Source of the DNA: Verrucomicrobiaceae bacterium
Lineage (GTDB): Bacteria; Verrucomicrobiota; Verrucomicrobiia; Verrucomicrobiales; V1-33
Reading direction: 5' to 3'
NCBI GenBank assembly: GCA_027483175.1
Contig: JAIXVE010000316.1
Location: 1,179 to 65,178 of the forward strand
Length of the DNA: 64,000 bases
A program made the position numbers and the translations under genes. The notes beneath the pieces were generated by a model. That model did not search any database, had not been told where the DNA came from, and saw only the letters and a program-made list of their open reading frames with translations. Positions 52,628-62,275 of the stretch are shown here, in pieces (the stretch's first letter is position 1; each line of letters starts with the position of its first letter).

Positions 52628-55600
52628 ATGAAGCTCCCCTTCAAACTCCGGCTCCTCCTCGCCGTCTGCGCCGCATCCCTCGCACCCTCCTCCCAAGCAG
52701 CCATCAGCGGCGTCGAGGTCCTCGTCGGCGGCCGCTCCAACCTCAGCGGCGAAGGCACGCTCATCCAAGCCACCAACCTCGGCACCACCACGTCCGTCAA
52801 CGTCCCCGGCGTCGGCACGTTCACCGGTGACACCGGCACCGACGGCATCGCAGGCATCGCCTCCATCGCCACCACCGGCGGCGGCACGCTCAACGCCGCT
52901 GACATCGGCAGCGCCATCGACCCGCTCTTCTTCACCGAAACATGGAACAGCGGCGGCACCGGCATGCGCGTCACCATCACCCTCCCGGACGCCGGCGACT
53001 TCCTTGTCGAATTCCTCCACGGCGAAGCCCGCAACTGCTGCACCGGCCGCTTCAGCACCGCCACACTCTCCGACGCCTCCGGCACCGTCCCCGTCCCCGA
53101 ATTCACCATCGGAAACGGCATCGCCAATCAGAACCCGCCCGCCGACGCCGATTGGGTCATCATCCGCGCCGCCGTCCAAGGAGTCTCCACCTTCACCTAC
53201 ACCGTCCCCAACGGCGTCGGCCGCGGCACGTCCATCATGGGCTTCCAGATCCGCCGCACCACCTTCAACCCCACCGATTCCTCACCCTTCATCCGCGAAT
53301 TCTCCGCCGCAGGCAACACCACCTACAAAGACGAAAACGGCGACTCCCCGGACTGGATCGAAATCTACAACCCCACCGCGAACCCAGTAGATCTCTCCGG
53401 CTGGCACCTGACTAACAACACCCTCTCTCCCGACCTCTGGTCGTTCCCCGCCGTCATCATCCCGCGCGGCGCGTCCCTCGTCGTCTTCGCCTCCGGCAAA
53501 AACCGCGCCGTCTCCGGCTCACCCCTCCACACCAGCTTCCGCCTCCCCGCCTCCGGCAGCTACCTCGCCCTCACAAACCCTGACAACTCCACCGCCCACG
53601 CCTTCGCTCCCTACCCACCCCAACGCGACGGCTTCTCCTACGGCCTCGCCGGATTCGCCCGATCCGCTCCCTCAGCCTTCTTCTTCCCCGCATCCCCAGG
53701 CACCGCCAACGGCATCCCGCTTTCTGCACCACTCCCCGCACCGGTCTTCTCCGTCAAAAAAGCCGTCTTCACCGTCTCTCAAGCCGTCTCCCTCTCCACC
53801 ACCGCCCCCGGCGGCATCATCCGCTTCACCACCGACGGGTCCATCCCCTCCGCCACCTCCACGCTCTACTCCGCCCCTCTCACCCTAACGGCCACCACCC
53901 AGATCCGCGCCCGCGCCTTCGACCCAATCTCCGGCGGCGGCGGCGAGGTCGACTCGGCCTTCTTCACCCGAATCGACTCCACCTCTAACCTCTCCGGCAT
54001 CGCCGCTCCCGCCGCCTTCTCCTCCAATCTCCCCGTCCTCATCATCGAAAACTTCAACGGCGGAGCCATCCCCGGCACCAGTCAGCCGCTCCAGTTCTCC
54101 CAGCTCGCCGTCTTCGAACCAGATCCCCTCACCGGCCGCACGTCCCTCAACCGCACGCCTGACAAAGCCATCCGCGCCGGCCTTCGCATCCGCGGCCAAT
54201 CCAGCTCCGGCTTCCCCAAAAAACAATACCGGCTCGAAACATGGTCCGAAGCCAACGCCGATAAGGACGAATCCCTCCTCGGTCTCCCCGCCGACTCGGA
54301 CTGGGTCCTCAGCGCCCCCTACGCCGACGAATCCCTCCTCCGCAACCCGCTCGTCTTCGGCCTCGGCGGCGACTTCAACCTCAAAGCCCCCAACACCCGC
54401 TACTGCGAGGTCTTCCTCAACACCAACGGCGGCCCCATCGGCAGCGCCGACTACGCCGGGGTCTACATCCTCACAGAATCCATCAAGATCGGCGCAAACC
54501 GTCTCCCGCTCGCCAATGTCAGCGACTTCCCTGACAACGACGGCGGCTTCATCGTCCGCCACGAAGCCAGCGCCGCCTCCAAAACCCGCATCACCGGCTG
54601 GACGTTCGCGGAAATCCACGACCCAACCACCACCACCGCCCAGTCCACGTTCATCAGCTCATGGATCAATGGCTTCAACTCCGCCCTCCGCTCCCCCACC
54701 GCCTTCAATCCCACCACCGGCTACGCCGCATGGGCCGACCCAGCCTCCTTCGCCTCCATGGCCGTCCTCACCGAATTCGTCCGCTCCCAGGACGGCTACG
54801 TCCGCAGCGCCTACTTCCACAAGGACCGCGGCGGTAAACTCATCGCCGGCCCGCTCTGGGACTACGACCTCACCTTCGGGGTCTCCTGCTGCTTCAATTC
54901 CCACCTCACCGGCGTCGACCCCACCACCGGCTCGGGCTGGCAGTATAACAACGGCTACAACCGCGGCGCCCGCGAAAACGGTCTCGCCGACAACGCCCAC
55001 GGCTCCACCATGGCCCGGCTCGACTGGACGCGTCTCATGATGGCCGACCCCGCCTTCAGACAGCGCTTCACCGATTCCTATCAACTCCTCCGCCGCGGCC
55101 CGCTCTCCAACTCCGCCTTCGCCGCACGCATCGACGCCCTCGCCATCCAGCTCAGCGACAATAACAACGCCACCGATTCCCCGCAGCGCCGCAACTTCCT
55201 CAAATGGGGCACGCTCGGCTCCGCCACCACCGGCTTCCAGACCTACCTCCCGCTCAATCTCCGCAACGGCTCGGAAACATGGGCCGCTCACGTCGATTAC
55301 GTCAAATCATGGGCCGCCCAGCGCACCGCATGGATGGATTCCCAATTCATCCCCATGCCCGTCGCCTCCACCCCTGATGGCGTCGTCCCCCCGGGCACCC
55401 GCATCGCCCTAACCGCCATCAATGACATCTACGTCACCCTCGACGGCTCCGACCCGCGCCGCCCCGACGGCTCACCGTCCCCCTCTGCCACGCTCCTCTC
55501 TCCCGTCCCCGGCGGCCCGCCCCCATCCATCCTCATCAACACCTCCGCCCACGTCGTCGCCCGCTCCCGCAACGCCACCACCTCCACATGGAGCGCCCCG

Positions 55601-56566
55601 CTCCACCTCTGGTACCTCGTCGGCAACCCGGCCACTCCCACCTCTCTCATCGTCTCCGAACTCCACTACCACCCCGCCAATCCCTCCCCCGCCGAACAAC
55701 TTCCTGACAACTCCCTGACCGACGGCGACTTCGAATTCATCGAACTCAGAAACATCAGCGCCACCACGCTCGACCTCTCCGGCGCATCCTTCACCGACGG
55801 CATCGCCTTCACCTTCCCCGCCGGCTCCATCCTGCCCCCCGGCAACGTCGTCGTCCTCGTCTCCAATCCCATCGCCTTCGCCCGCCGCTACGGCCCCGCC
55901 TCCCTCATCACCGGTCAGTACTCGGGCCGCCTCGACAACTCCGGCGACCGTCTCGAACTCCGCTACCCGTTCGGCGACCCTATCCTCACTTTCTCATGGA
56001 ACGACTCATGGCACACGCCAACCGACGGCCCCGGCTTCTCCATGGTCGCCCGTCCCTCCGCCATCCCAGTCGATCCTAATCTTCCCGGATCATGGGCCAT
56101 CAGCCCGGAATCAGGCGGTTCCCCAGGCACCATCACCCCAGGCTTCTCCCTCACCTACTCCAGCTGGCGTCACTCCCACTTCAGCCTCGCCGACATTGCC
56201 GCCGGTGGCCTCGCCGACCAATTCGACGACCCGGACCGCGACGGGCTCTCCAATTTCCTCGAATACGCCTGCGCCACCCACCCGCGTCTCGCCACGCCCC
56301 ACTCGGACCTCCCCTCCGCCGTTCTCTCCCCCACCCCCGGCGATTCCCTCCTCACTCTCAGCGTCCGCCGCCCCCAGCGGGTCCTCGATGTCGCCTACTC
56401 CGCCGAGTTCTCCACAGACGCCAACACATGGAACTCGGACGGCGTCATCCCCACCGAAGCCCTCCCCAATCCCGACGGCACCGAATCTCTCTTCTTCTCC
56501 CACCCCTCTCCCCTCACCAACCAGCGTGCCCGCTTCGCCCGACTCAGGGTCTCCGCCACGCCCTGA
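52628..56566 (+). CDS. CotH kinase-family secreted protein with two lamin-tail (LTD) domains and a Fn3/chitobiase-like segment
   Basis: Signal MKLPFKLRLLLAVCAASLAPSSQA. LTD blocks (PDWIEIYNPTANPVDLSGWHLTNN; FEFIELRNISATTLDLSGASFTDGIAF). CotH core (KKQYRLETW..., YCEVFLNTNGG...YAGVYILTE). C-terminal DDPDRDGLSNFLEYA module. Confidence 0.85.
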   Translation: MKLPFKLRLLLAVCAASLAPSSQAAISGVEVLVGGRSNLSGEGTLIQATNLGTTTSVNVPGVGTFTGDTGTDGIAGIASIATTGGGTLNAADIGSAIDPLFFTETWNSGGTGMRVTITLPDAGDFLVEFLHGEARNCCTGRFSTATLSDASGTVPVPEFTIGNGIANQNPPADADWVIIRAAVQGVSTFTYTVPNGVGRGTSIMGFQIRRTTFNPTDSSPFIREFSAAGNTTYKDENGDSPDWIEIYNPTANPVDLSGWHLTNNTLSPDLWSFPAVIIPRGASLVVFASGKNRAVSGSPLHTSFRLPASGSYLALTNPDNSTAHAFAPYPPQRDGFSYGLAGFARSAPSAFFFPASPGTANGIPLSAPLPAPVFSVKKAVFTVSQAVSLSTTAPGGIIRFTTDGSIPSATSTLYSAPLTLTATTQIRARAFDPISGGGGEVDSAFFTRIDSTSNLSGIAAPAAFSSNLPVLIIENFNGGAIPGTSQPLQFSQLAVFEPDPLTGRTSLNRTPDKAIRAGLRIRGQSSSGFPKKQYRLETWSEANADKDESLLGLPADSDWVLSAPYADESLLRNPLVFGLGGDFNLKAPNTRYCEVFLNTNGGPIGSADYAGVYILTESIKIGANRLPLANVSDFPDNDGGFIVRHEASAASKTRITGWTFAEIHDPTTTTAQSTFISSWINGFNSALRSPTAFNPTTGYAAWADPASFASMAVLTEFVRSQDGYVRSAYFHKDRGGKLIAGPLWDYDLTFGVSCCFNSHLTGVDPTTGSGWQYNNGYNRGARENGLADNAHGSTMARLDWTRLMMADPAFRQRFTDSYQLLRRGPLSNSAFAARIDALAIQLSDNNNATDSPQRRNFLKWGTLGSATTGFQTYLPLNLRNGSETWAAHVDYVKSWAAQRTAWMDSQFIPMPVASTPDGVVPPGTRIALTAINDIYVTLDGSDPRRPDGSPSPSATLLSPVPGGPPPSILINTSAHVVARSRNATTSTWSAPLHLWYLVGNPATPTSLIVSELHYHPANPSPAEQLPDNSLTDGDFEFIELRNISATTLDLSGASFTDGIAFTFPAGSILPPGNVVVLVSNPIAFARRYGPASLITGQYSGRLDNSGDRLELRYPFGDPILTFSWNDSWHTPTDGPGFSMVARPSAIPVDPNLPGSWAISPESGGSPGTITPGFSLTYSSWRHSHFSLADIAAGGLADQFDDPDRDGLSNFLEYACATHPRLATPHSDLPSAVLSPTPGDSLLTLSVRRPQRVLDVAYSAEFSTDANTWNSDGVIPTEALPNPDGTESLFFSHPSPLTNQRARFARLRVSATP

Positions 56567-56649
56567 CATCTTTTCCCCACTCCGCCGCTTCCACCAAACG
56601 CGGACCGCACCTGTCTTGCATCCACCGCCTCCTCCGCGGACGCTCACCC

Positions 56650-58431
56650 ATGCCCTCATCCTCCCGCGCTCACCTCCCGCGGCTCGCCGCCGTCTCCCTC
56701 ATCACCCTAACTTCCGCATGGGTCCTCCGCGCCAAAGTCGATTCCCCCGGCCCGCGCACCGCCGAAAACACATGGCGCGCCGAACACCGCATCGTCGACC
56801 TCCACATGCACATCGATGCCTCCCCGGAACGCTTCGACCGCGCCGTGCGCATCATGGACAAATCAGGCATCGGCATCGGCGTCAATCTCAGCGGCGGCAC
56901 CGTCACCACTCCCGCCGACGGCTCACCCTCACCCTTCGCCAGAACCAAGCTCCTCGCCGATACCCGCCACCCAGGTCGCTTCGTCCACTACATGAACCTC
57001 GACTACGCCGGCTGGGATAACCCCGACTTCTCCTCCAAAGCCGCCGCCCAGATCGAAGAAGGCCACCGCCTCGGAGCCGCCGGCCTCAAGGAATACAAAC
57101 GCCTCGGCCTCTACCTCCGCGACTCCAAAGACTCCCTCATCGCCATCGACGACCCCAAACTCGACGCCGTCTGGGCCAAATGCGGCAACCTCAACATGCC
57201 CGTCTCCATCCACGTCGCCGACCCCCGCGCCTTCTGGCTCGCCTTCGATGACAAAAACGAACGCTGGAAGGAACTCAAGGACCACCGCTCATGGTGGTTC
57301 GGCGACCCCGCCAAATTCCCCCCGCGCGAACAACTCCTCGAGGCCCTCAACCGCGTCATCGCCCGCCACCCCAAAACCACTTTCGTCTGCGTCCACTTCG
57401 CGAACAACGCCGAAGACCTCGCATGGGTCGACCGCATGCTCGACGCCCATCCCAACATGATGGCCGACCTCGCCGCTCGCATCCCCGAAGTCGGCCGCCA
57501 CGACCCCGCCGAGGTCCGCCGCGTCTTCACCAAACACGCCAACCGCATCTTCTTCGCCTCCGACTTCATGGTCTACGACCGCCTCATCCTCGGCTCCGCA
57601 GGCGACGACGAACGCCCCACCGACGACGACGGAGCCGCCTTCTACGACAAATGCTGGCGCTGGATCGAAACCAGCGACCGCGACTGGGCCCACATGACTC
57701 CCATCCAGGGCGACTGGAAAATCAACTCGATCTCCCTCCCTCCAGATGTTAGCCGCAAAATCTACTTCGACAACGCCACGAAGCTCCTCGCCGCTTCCCT
57801 CCCGCTCCCCGTCATGAAGGCCGCTCACGCCGCCAGCGTCCCCGAAGGCACAGACTTCTCCCACCCCGCATGGGCCAAGGCCATCCCCGTCCGCATGGAA
57901 TACTCCTCCTCCAACGCCGCCGCCCACCCAGCCCTCAGCACCACCGTCCGCGCCCTCTGGACCAATTCCCACCTCCATCTCGCCTACGAGTGCCCCTTCA
58001 CCACCCTGACAACGTTCGGCGGCCCCCACACCTCCGAACGCATCGGGCTCTGGGATAAAGACGTCGTCGAAGCCTTCATCGCCCCGGACCCCGCCAAGCC
58101 CAACTCCTACTCCGAATACGAATGGTCACCCGACGGCGGCTGGCTCGACCTCACCGTCACCCCTGACAAAAAAGACTTCGCATGGAACAGCGGCATGTCC
58201 TCCACCGTCAACATCGACCAATCCGCAAAAATCTGGCGCCTCGCCGTCTCCATCCCCCTCGCCTCCATCTCCCCAACCCCACCCACCCCAGCCACCCGCT
58301 GGAAAATCAACCTCTTCCGCCACGACACGGCCTCCCACACCGGCCTCGCCCTCAGCCCCACCCTCACCAACACCTTCCACACCCCCTCCCGCTTCGCCTC
58401 CCTCCAATTCCTCCCACCCACTACCAACTAA
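56650..58431 (+). CDS. amidohydrolase-family (TIM-barrel metal hydrolase) protein fused to a carbohydrate-binding family 9-like domain
   Basis: 593 aa. Signal/TM, then HRIVDLHMHID...; PVSIHVAD; VCVHFAN (amidohydrolase_2-like). The C-terminal roughly 190 aa carry CBM9/DOMON-like blocks (LWTNSHLHLAYECPF, VVEAFIAPDP, YSEYEWSPDG, WKINLFRHD). Confidence 0.75.
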   Translation: MPSSSRAHLPRLAAVSLITLTSAWVLRAKVDSPGPRTAENTWRAEHRIVDLHMHIDASPERFDRAVRIMDKSGIGIGVNLSGGTVTTPADGSPSPFARTKLLADTRHPGRFVHYMNLDYAGWDNPDFSSKAAAQIEEGHRLGAAGLKEYKRLGLYLRDSKDSLIAIDDPKLDAVWAKCGNLNMPVSIHVADPRAFWLAFDDKNERWKELKDHRSWWFGDPAKFPPREQLLEALNRVIARHPKTTFVCVHFANNAEDLAWVDRMLDAHPNMMADLAARIPEVGRHDPAEVRRVFTKHANRIFFASDFMVYDRLILGSAGDDERPTDDDGAAFYDKCWRWIETSDRDWAHMTPIQGDWKINSISLPPDVSRKIYFDNATKLLAASLPLPVMKAAHAASVPEGTDFSHPAWAKAIPVRMEYSSSNAAAHPALSTTVRALWTNSHLHLAYECPFTTLTTFGGPHTSERIGLWDKDVVEAFIAPDPAKPNSYSEYEWSPDGGWLDLTVTPDKKDFAWNSGMSSTVNIDQSAKIWRLAVSIPLASISPTPPTPATRWKINLFRHDTASHTGLALSPTLTNTFHTPSRFASLQFLPPTTN

Positions 58432-58454
58432 CCACGAATCCCGCCCATCCCTAG

Positions 58455-58510
58455 CACCCCTCCAGGGGTGCCGGCCTGTAACCGGGGGTTGAGCGAAGCG
58501 ACACCACCGG
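58455..58510 (+). repeat. REP-like double-hairpin element, copy A
   Basis: cacccc-tcca-ggggtg, followed by ccggcctgtaaccgggggttgagcgaagcgacaccaccgg. Homologous to 63507-63561 and 63648-63693. Confidence 0.7.
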
Positions 58511-58563
58511 ATGACGCGCCCACCCTTCGCGCCTTCGCGTACGCCCGCTCTCCCTACACGCCA

Positions 58564-58591
58564 TTCTCACTTCTCACTTCTCACTTCTCAC
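58564..58591 (+). repeat. heptanucleotide tandem array (TTCTCAC)x4
   Basis: Four perfect units preceded by acacgccattc. It overlaps the stop codon of the minus-strand transporter gene. Confidence 0.85.
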
Positions 58592-59859
58592 TTCCCTACT
58601 CCCCCCACCCTTCGGGGGAATCGCCTCCCACACACCCACGCCGAAATCACGAGCATCACAAACGCCGCCACCAGAAGCGACACCGCGATGTCCGCAAAGA
58701 ATCCCGAAAACTGCTCCCGCCCCGGAAACAGACCTCTCCCTATCATCACCCCGACATACCCCAGATACCCGATCGCATCCGCAAGATACATCAGAAACCC
58801 AAGATTCCCCCGCTCCCGGGTCAGCGCAATGAACCGCTCGAAAATCGTCGTGTGCACCGCCACATACGGCACATACAATCCAACCCCTAACAGCACCATG
58901 TAGGCGAACGGCGGCACCATTCCCCGGCCGTGCCCCCACAACGCCAGCAATCCCACCCCAAGCCCGGCAAGCGACAGCCCCAGCCCCGTGAAAAAGGCCC
59001 GGCGGTTGTCCTTCACCAGCACCAGGGCCCCGTTCGCCGCCACCACCACCAGCGTAACCCACAGCTCGGATTGTGTGAACACCGCCGGCTGCGACGCATA
59101 CCCGAGCCCGGCCCAGATCTCCGGCGCAAAATCCGCCCGCAGGCTCCGCAGCACCGTGATCAGCAGATACGCCACCACAATCCCCGCAAGCCCGACCCCG
59201 TGCCGCCGCATCACCGCCAACCGCTCCGCCCCAGTCATCGGCGTCCGCCTCGAACGTGCCGCCTCATCGCTCTCCGTCGGCGGCGGAATCTTCCTTAGCA
59301 TCCACACAAACACCAGCAGCGGCACCAGAAATACCAACCCCGCCGCAAACGGCATCCAGCGCTCCGGCACTCCACCCTGCAACAGTAGCGACCCGGCCGA
59401 CTTCGATACTCCGTCCGCAAGGATGAAACTGGCACACAACCCAGCCACAAATACCTCCGTCATACACCGCCCCTCCACAAATCCGAGCACCAGCCCGAAA
59501 ACCATTCCTAACGCGAGGCCGTTGACAAACAGACACACCGCATCCAGCGGCGCAGGCACCAGCGCAAACACCAGCAGCACCGCGTGCGCGATCCCAATCA
59601 ACCCCAGCAGCGCCCGCGCTCGTCCCGCTGCCTCCATCTCCGCAATCACTTTGATCCCGATGAACTTCGACACCATGTAGCCCATCACCTGCGCCGTCAC
59701 CAGCCACGCCTTCGCCCCCGCACCACCATACCCGGCAGCCGTGAACGGCTTCCGGAATCCATACATGCACGCATACGTCCCGAACGCCGCCACCACACAC
59801 CACATCGTCAGAAACCATGGCCGCGCCATCCACCGCGTGAGCCTCAGGTCGTCACTCAT
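58588..59859 (-). CDS. MFS-like polytopic membrane transporter (possibly DUF5690 family), last gene of phosphonate operon
   Basis: 423 aa with about 12 predicted hydrophobic helices. ATGA overlap with the upstream HD gene. The family name is from memory of annotations in similar clusters. Confidence 0.7.
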   Translation of the reverse strand: MSDDLRLTRWMARPWFLTMWCVVAAFGTYACMYGFRKPFTAAGYGGAGAKAWLVTAQVMGYMVSKFIGIKVIAEMEAAGRARALLGLIGIAHAVLLVFALVPAPLDAVCLFVNGLALGMVFGLVLGFVEGRCMTEVFVAGLCASFILADGVSKSAGSLLLQGGVPERWMPFAAGLVFLVPLLVFVWMLRKIPPPTESDEAARSRRTPMTGAERLAVMRRHGVGLAGIVVAYLLITVLRSLRADFAPEIWAGLGYASQPAVFTQSELWVTLVVVAANGALVLVKDNRRAFFTGLGLSLAGLGVGLLALWGHGRGMVPPFAYMVLLGVGLYVPYVAVHTTIFERFIALTRERGNLGFLMYLADAIGYLGYVGVMIGRGLFPGREQFSGFFADIAVSLLVAAFVMLVISAWVCGRRFPRRVGGVGK

Positions 59860-60410
59860 GCCCTAGCAATCACAAGCGTTTTCAGCAGCGGCACGAATGC
59901 CTCAAGCCCCGGCGTCACCATCCCCGCCACCTTCCCCATGTCGTCATACCGCCGCACCCGCACCGCGACATCAAAATGCCGCTCCCGTTCAAACTCTCCC
60001 GCCTCCTCCTCGTTCATCGGCCCACCCTGCAGCTGCAGGCTCCTTCGCGACGCCTCCGACAACCCGTCACCATACCCCGCCTCCTTCCAGCACAGATAAC
60101 GCTTCGCCGCCACATGCAGCCGGCACGCATCCGCAATCTCCTCGACAAACAGGCCCTTCAGCTTCTCATAGCCGATGTCCTCATGCCGCGCATCCACTCC
60201 TTCATCCGCAATGCGTTCGCCAAGGCGATGACACAGATGCCCGTAATCATGCAGCAGCGCCGCCGCCACCACCTCCTGCCGCTCACCCGCCTCCTCCGCA
60301 AACACCGCACACTGCAACGCATGCTCCAATTCAGTCACATCCTCTCCGTAATGCAGGTGCCCGTGCTCGCGATACGTTCGCAGCACTTCATCAAGGGTCG
60401 TCGGTTTCAT
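59856..60410 (-). CDS. HD-domain phosphohydrolase/oxygenase, phosphonate-operon-associated (PhnZ-like)
   Basis: About 184 aa: HYGEDVTELEHALQCAVFAEEAG...AALLHDYGHL...RLHVAAKRYL. The first ATG is at 60410; the track start at 60419 is GTG. Confidence 0.8.
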   Translation of the reverse strand: MKPTTLDEVLRTYREHGHLHYGEDVTELEHALQCAVFAEEAGERQEVVAAALLHDYGHLCHRLGERIADEGVDARHEDIGYEKLKGLFVEEIADACRLHVAAKRYLCWKEAGYGDGLSEASRRSLQLQGGPMNEEEAGEFERERHFDVAVRVRRYDDMGKVAGMVTPGLEAFVPLLKTLVIARA

Positions 60411-60473
60411 CCAACCCACCCTTGATCCTCGAATGCCTCACGAAAGCACTTTAAGGCAACAACTCCGTGACAT

Positions 60474-61499
60474 TCACCCCTGCATCGATACCGCCACCCT
60501 CGCCCATCGACGCGTCGCCGACAGCGCAAATCCTTCCCCCAGCCGCTCCAGCGGCAGCGACGGACTCACCAGACTCCCCCACGGCAGCTCCGATCGCTTC
60601 AGAAATGCCACCGCTCGTTCCAGATGCCGCGGCGCATAGTTGTGAAACCCGCGCAGCACCACACAGCCGCGCACAATCGCCTCGCCCGTAATCCCCAGCT
60701 CCGATTCAGGATGCACCATCCCGACAAAATGATAGTGCCCGCCCGGTCGCAGCATCCTCAACCCATCCCTCACCACCGAAGGCACGCCCGCCGCCTCAAT
60801 CACCAGATCCGCACTCTTCGCACGCACGTCTGCACTCAGCACCGCCTCGCCCCCGAACTCCGCCACCCGCGCTAGCCGTTCCTCATCCGTATCCACCACC
60901 ATCACCCGCCCCACCCCTGCCTCCCTCAACAGCGCACAACCATGCAGGCCCAGCAATCCCGCCCCCTGCACCACCGCCACCCGGCACACTCCCGGCAACT
61001 GCTCGGTAACATTCGCCATCGTCGCCAGCGAACAATTCGCCGACGCCGCCACCGCATCATCAATCCCCTCATCCACCTCAACAAGATGCGTGCCCGCACG
61101 GAGCACAATGTGCGTCGCATAACTCCCGTGCAGCCCGCTTCCCTCATGCACCGTCGCATGCCCATACTTGAATACCTTCGCGCACTTCTGCGGTAGATCC
61201 CACTCCCCGCACGCCTCGCATTGCCCGCAACTGTCCGCAGAACTCCACGTCACCCGCCTCCCCATCCACCTCTCACGACCCGCTCCCGCCGCCACCACCC
61301 GCCCCACACCCTCATGCCCCAGCACACACGGCGTCGGTTCCACTCGCCTCCCGGCGTACGTATGCAGATCCGATCCGCAGATCGTCGCCATCGCAATCTC
61401 CACCACCAACTCACCCGCCCCAAGCACCTCCGGCACCGGCAGCTCCACCAACCGGATCGGCTCACCCGCCCTATCAAAGATCGCCGCCCGCGCCCTCAT
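60474..61499 (-). CDS. zinc-binding alcohol dehydrogenase family protein (phosphonate-catabolism-associated)
   Basis: MDR signature GHEGVG, structural-zinc cysteines CGQCEACGE and the Rossmann GAGLLGL. ATGA overlap of the ATG (61499) with the phnX stop. Confidence 0.85.
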   Translation of the reverse strand: MRARAAIFDRAGEPIRLVELPVPEVLGAGELVVEIAMATICGSDLHTYAGRRVEPTPCVLGHEGVGRVVAAGAGRERWMGRRVTWSSADSCGQCEACGEWDLPQKCAKVFKYGHATVHEGSGLHGSYATHIVLRAGTHLVEVDEGIDDAVAASANCSLATMANVTEQLPGVCRVAVVQGAGLLGLHGCALLREAGVGRVMVVDTDEERLARVAEFGGEAVLSADVRAKSADLVIEAAGVPSVVRDGLRMLRPGGHYHFVGMVHPESELGITGEAIVRGCVVLRGFHNYAPRHLERAVAFLKRSELPWGSLVSPSLPLERLGEGFALSATRRWARVAVSMQG

Positions 61500-62275
61500 G
61501 CCCCTCGCGCTTCCAGCCATGCCGGCAGTTCCGCTACACTCTTCAGCACCACGTCCGCTCCAGACTCCAGCAGCCGCTGCTCGGCCTTCCAGATCCGCCC
61601 CTGCCGTTCCTCCGCCGACAACGCATCAAGGGCCTCACGCCCCAATCCCACCTCGTTCCCGCACTCGCTCAACCCGATGCACATCATGCCCGCATTGCGC
61701 CCCTCCTTCATGTCGGCCGGCGTATCGCCAACCTTGATCGTACCAGCCATCGGATAAACCCCTAGCCGCTCCGCAATCCGGAAACACGCCCACGGCGCTG
61801 GCCTTCCCTGCGAAACTTCATCCGCACACACAATCACCTCAGGCACCACACCCGACGCCCGAGCCACCGGCTCCAGCACATCCATCATCGCCCGCGTGTA
61901 CCCCGTCGTGCTCCCGATCCTAACTCCGCGCTCCCGCAACCAATCCATCGCCTCCACCACCCCCGGAATCGCCGCCCCGTACACCGGCAGCTCCGCAGGC
62001 AGCAACGCTGCAAAATCATCGTAAATCACCTGCACCAGCGCCTCGTCAGGCTCACGACCCAATTGCCGCCGCACCCTCTCCGCCACCTCCGGATAATGCA
62101 GAATCTCGCGCACATGGTCCCGCTTGTGCGATCCCATCGGCCCCCGCGCCGTCTCATCGCTGATCGGCAGCCCCGCGTTCTCAAACGCCCGGCAGAACGC
62201 CGCCAGCGGCGCACAGCACCCGAAATCCACTAGCGTTCCGGCCCAGTCGAAAATAATCAGTTCAGGCAGTTTCAT
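61496..62275 (-). CDS. phnX: phosphonoacetaldehyde hydrolase (phosphonatase)
   Basis: IIFDWAGTLVDFGCCAPL...ARGPMGSHKRDHV...GSTTGYTR...GRPAPW...VGDTPADMKEGRNAGM matches the HAD-type PhnX, including the Schiff-base Lys region. ATGA overlap of the ATG (62275) with the upstream stop. Confidence 0.9.
   Translation of the reverse strand: MKLPELIIFDWAGTLVDFGCCAPLAAFCRAFENAGLPISDETARGPMGSHKRDHVREILHYPEVAERVRRQLGREPDEALVQVIYDDFAALLPAELPVYGAAIPGVVEAMDWLRERGVRIGSTTGYTRAMMDVLEPVARASGVVPEVIVCADEVSQGRPAPWACFRIAERLGVYPMAGTIKVGDTPADMKEGRNAGMMCIGLSECGNEVGLGREALDALSAEERQGRIWKAEQRLLESGADVVLKSVAELPAWLEARGA

Noticed and set aside
58564-58591. Tandem arrays at 58564-58591 and 63798-63867 considered as CRISPR or as coding repeats.
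   Set aside because: The unit length is 7 nt with no spacers and there are no cas genes. These are microsatellite-like arrays, not CRISPR.
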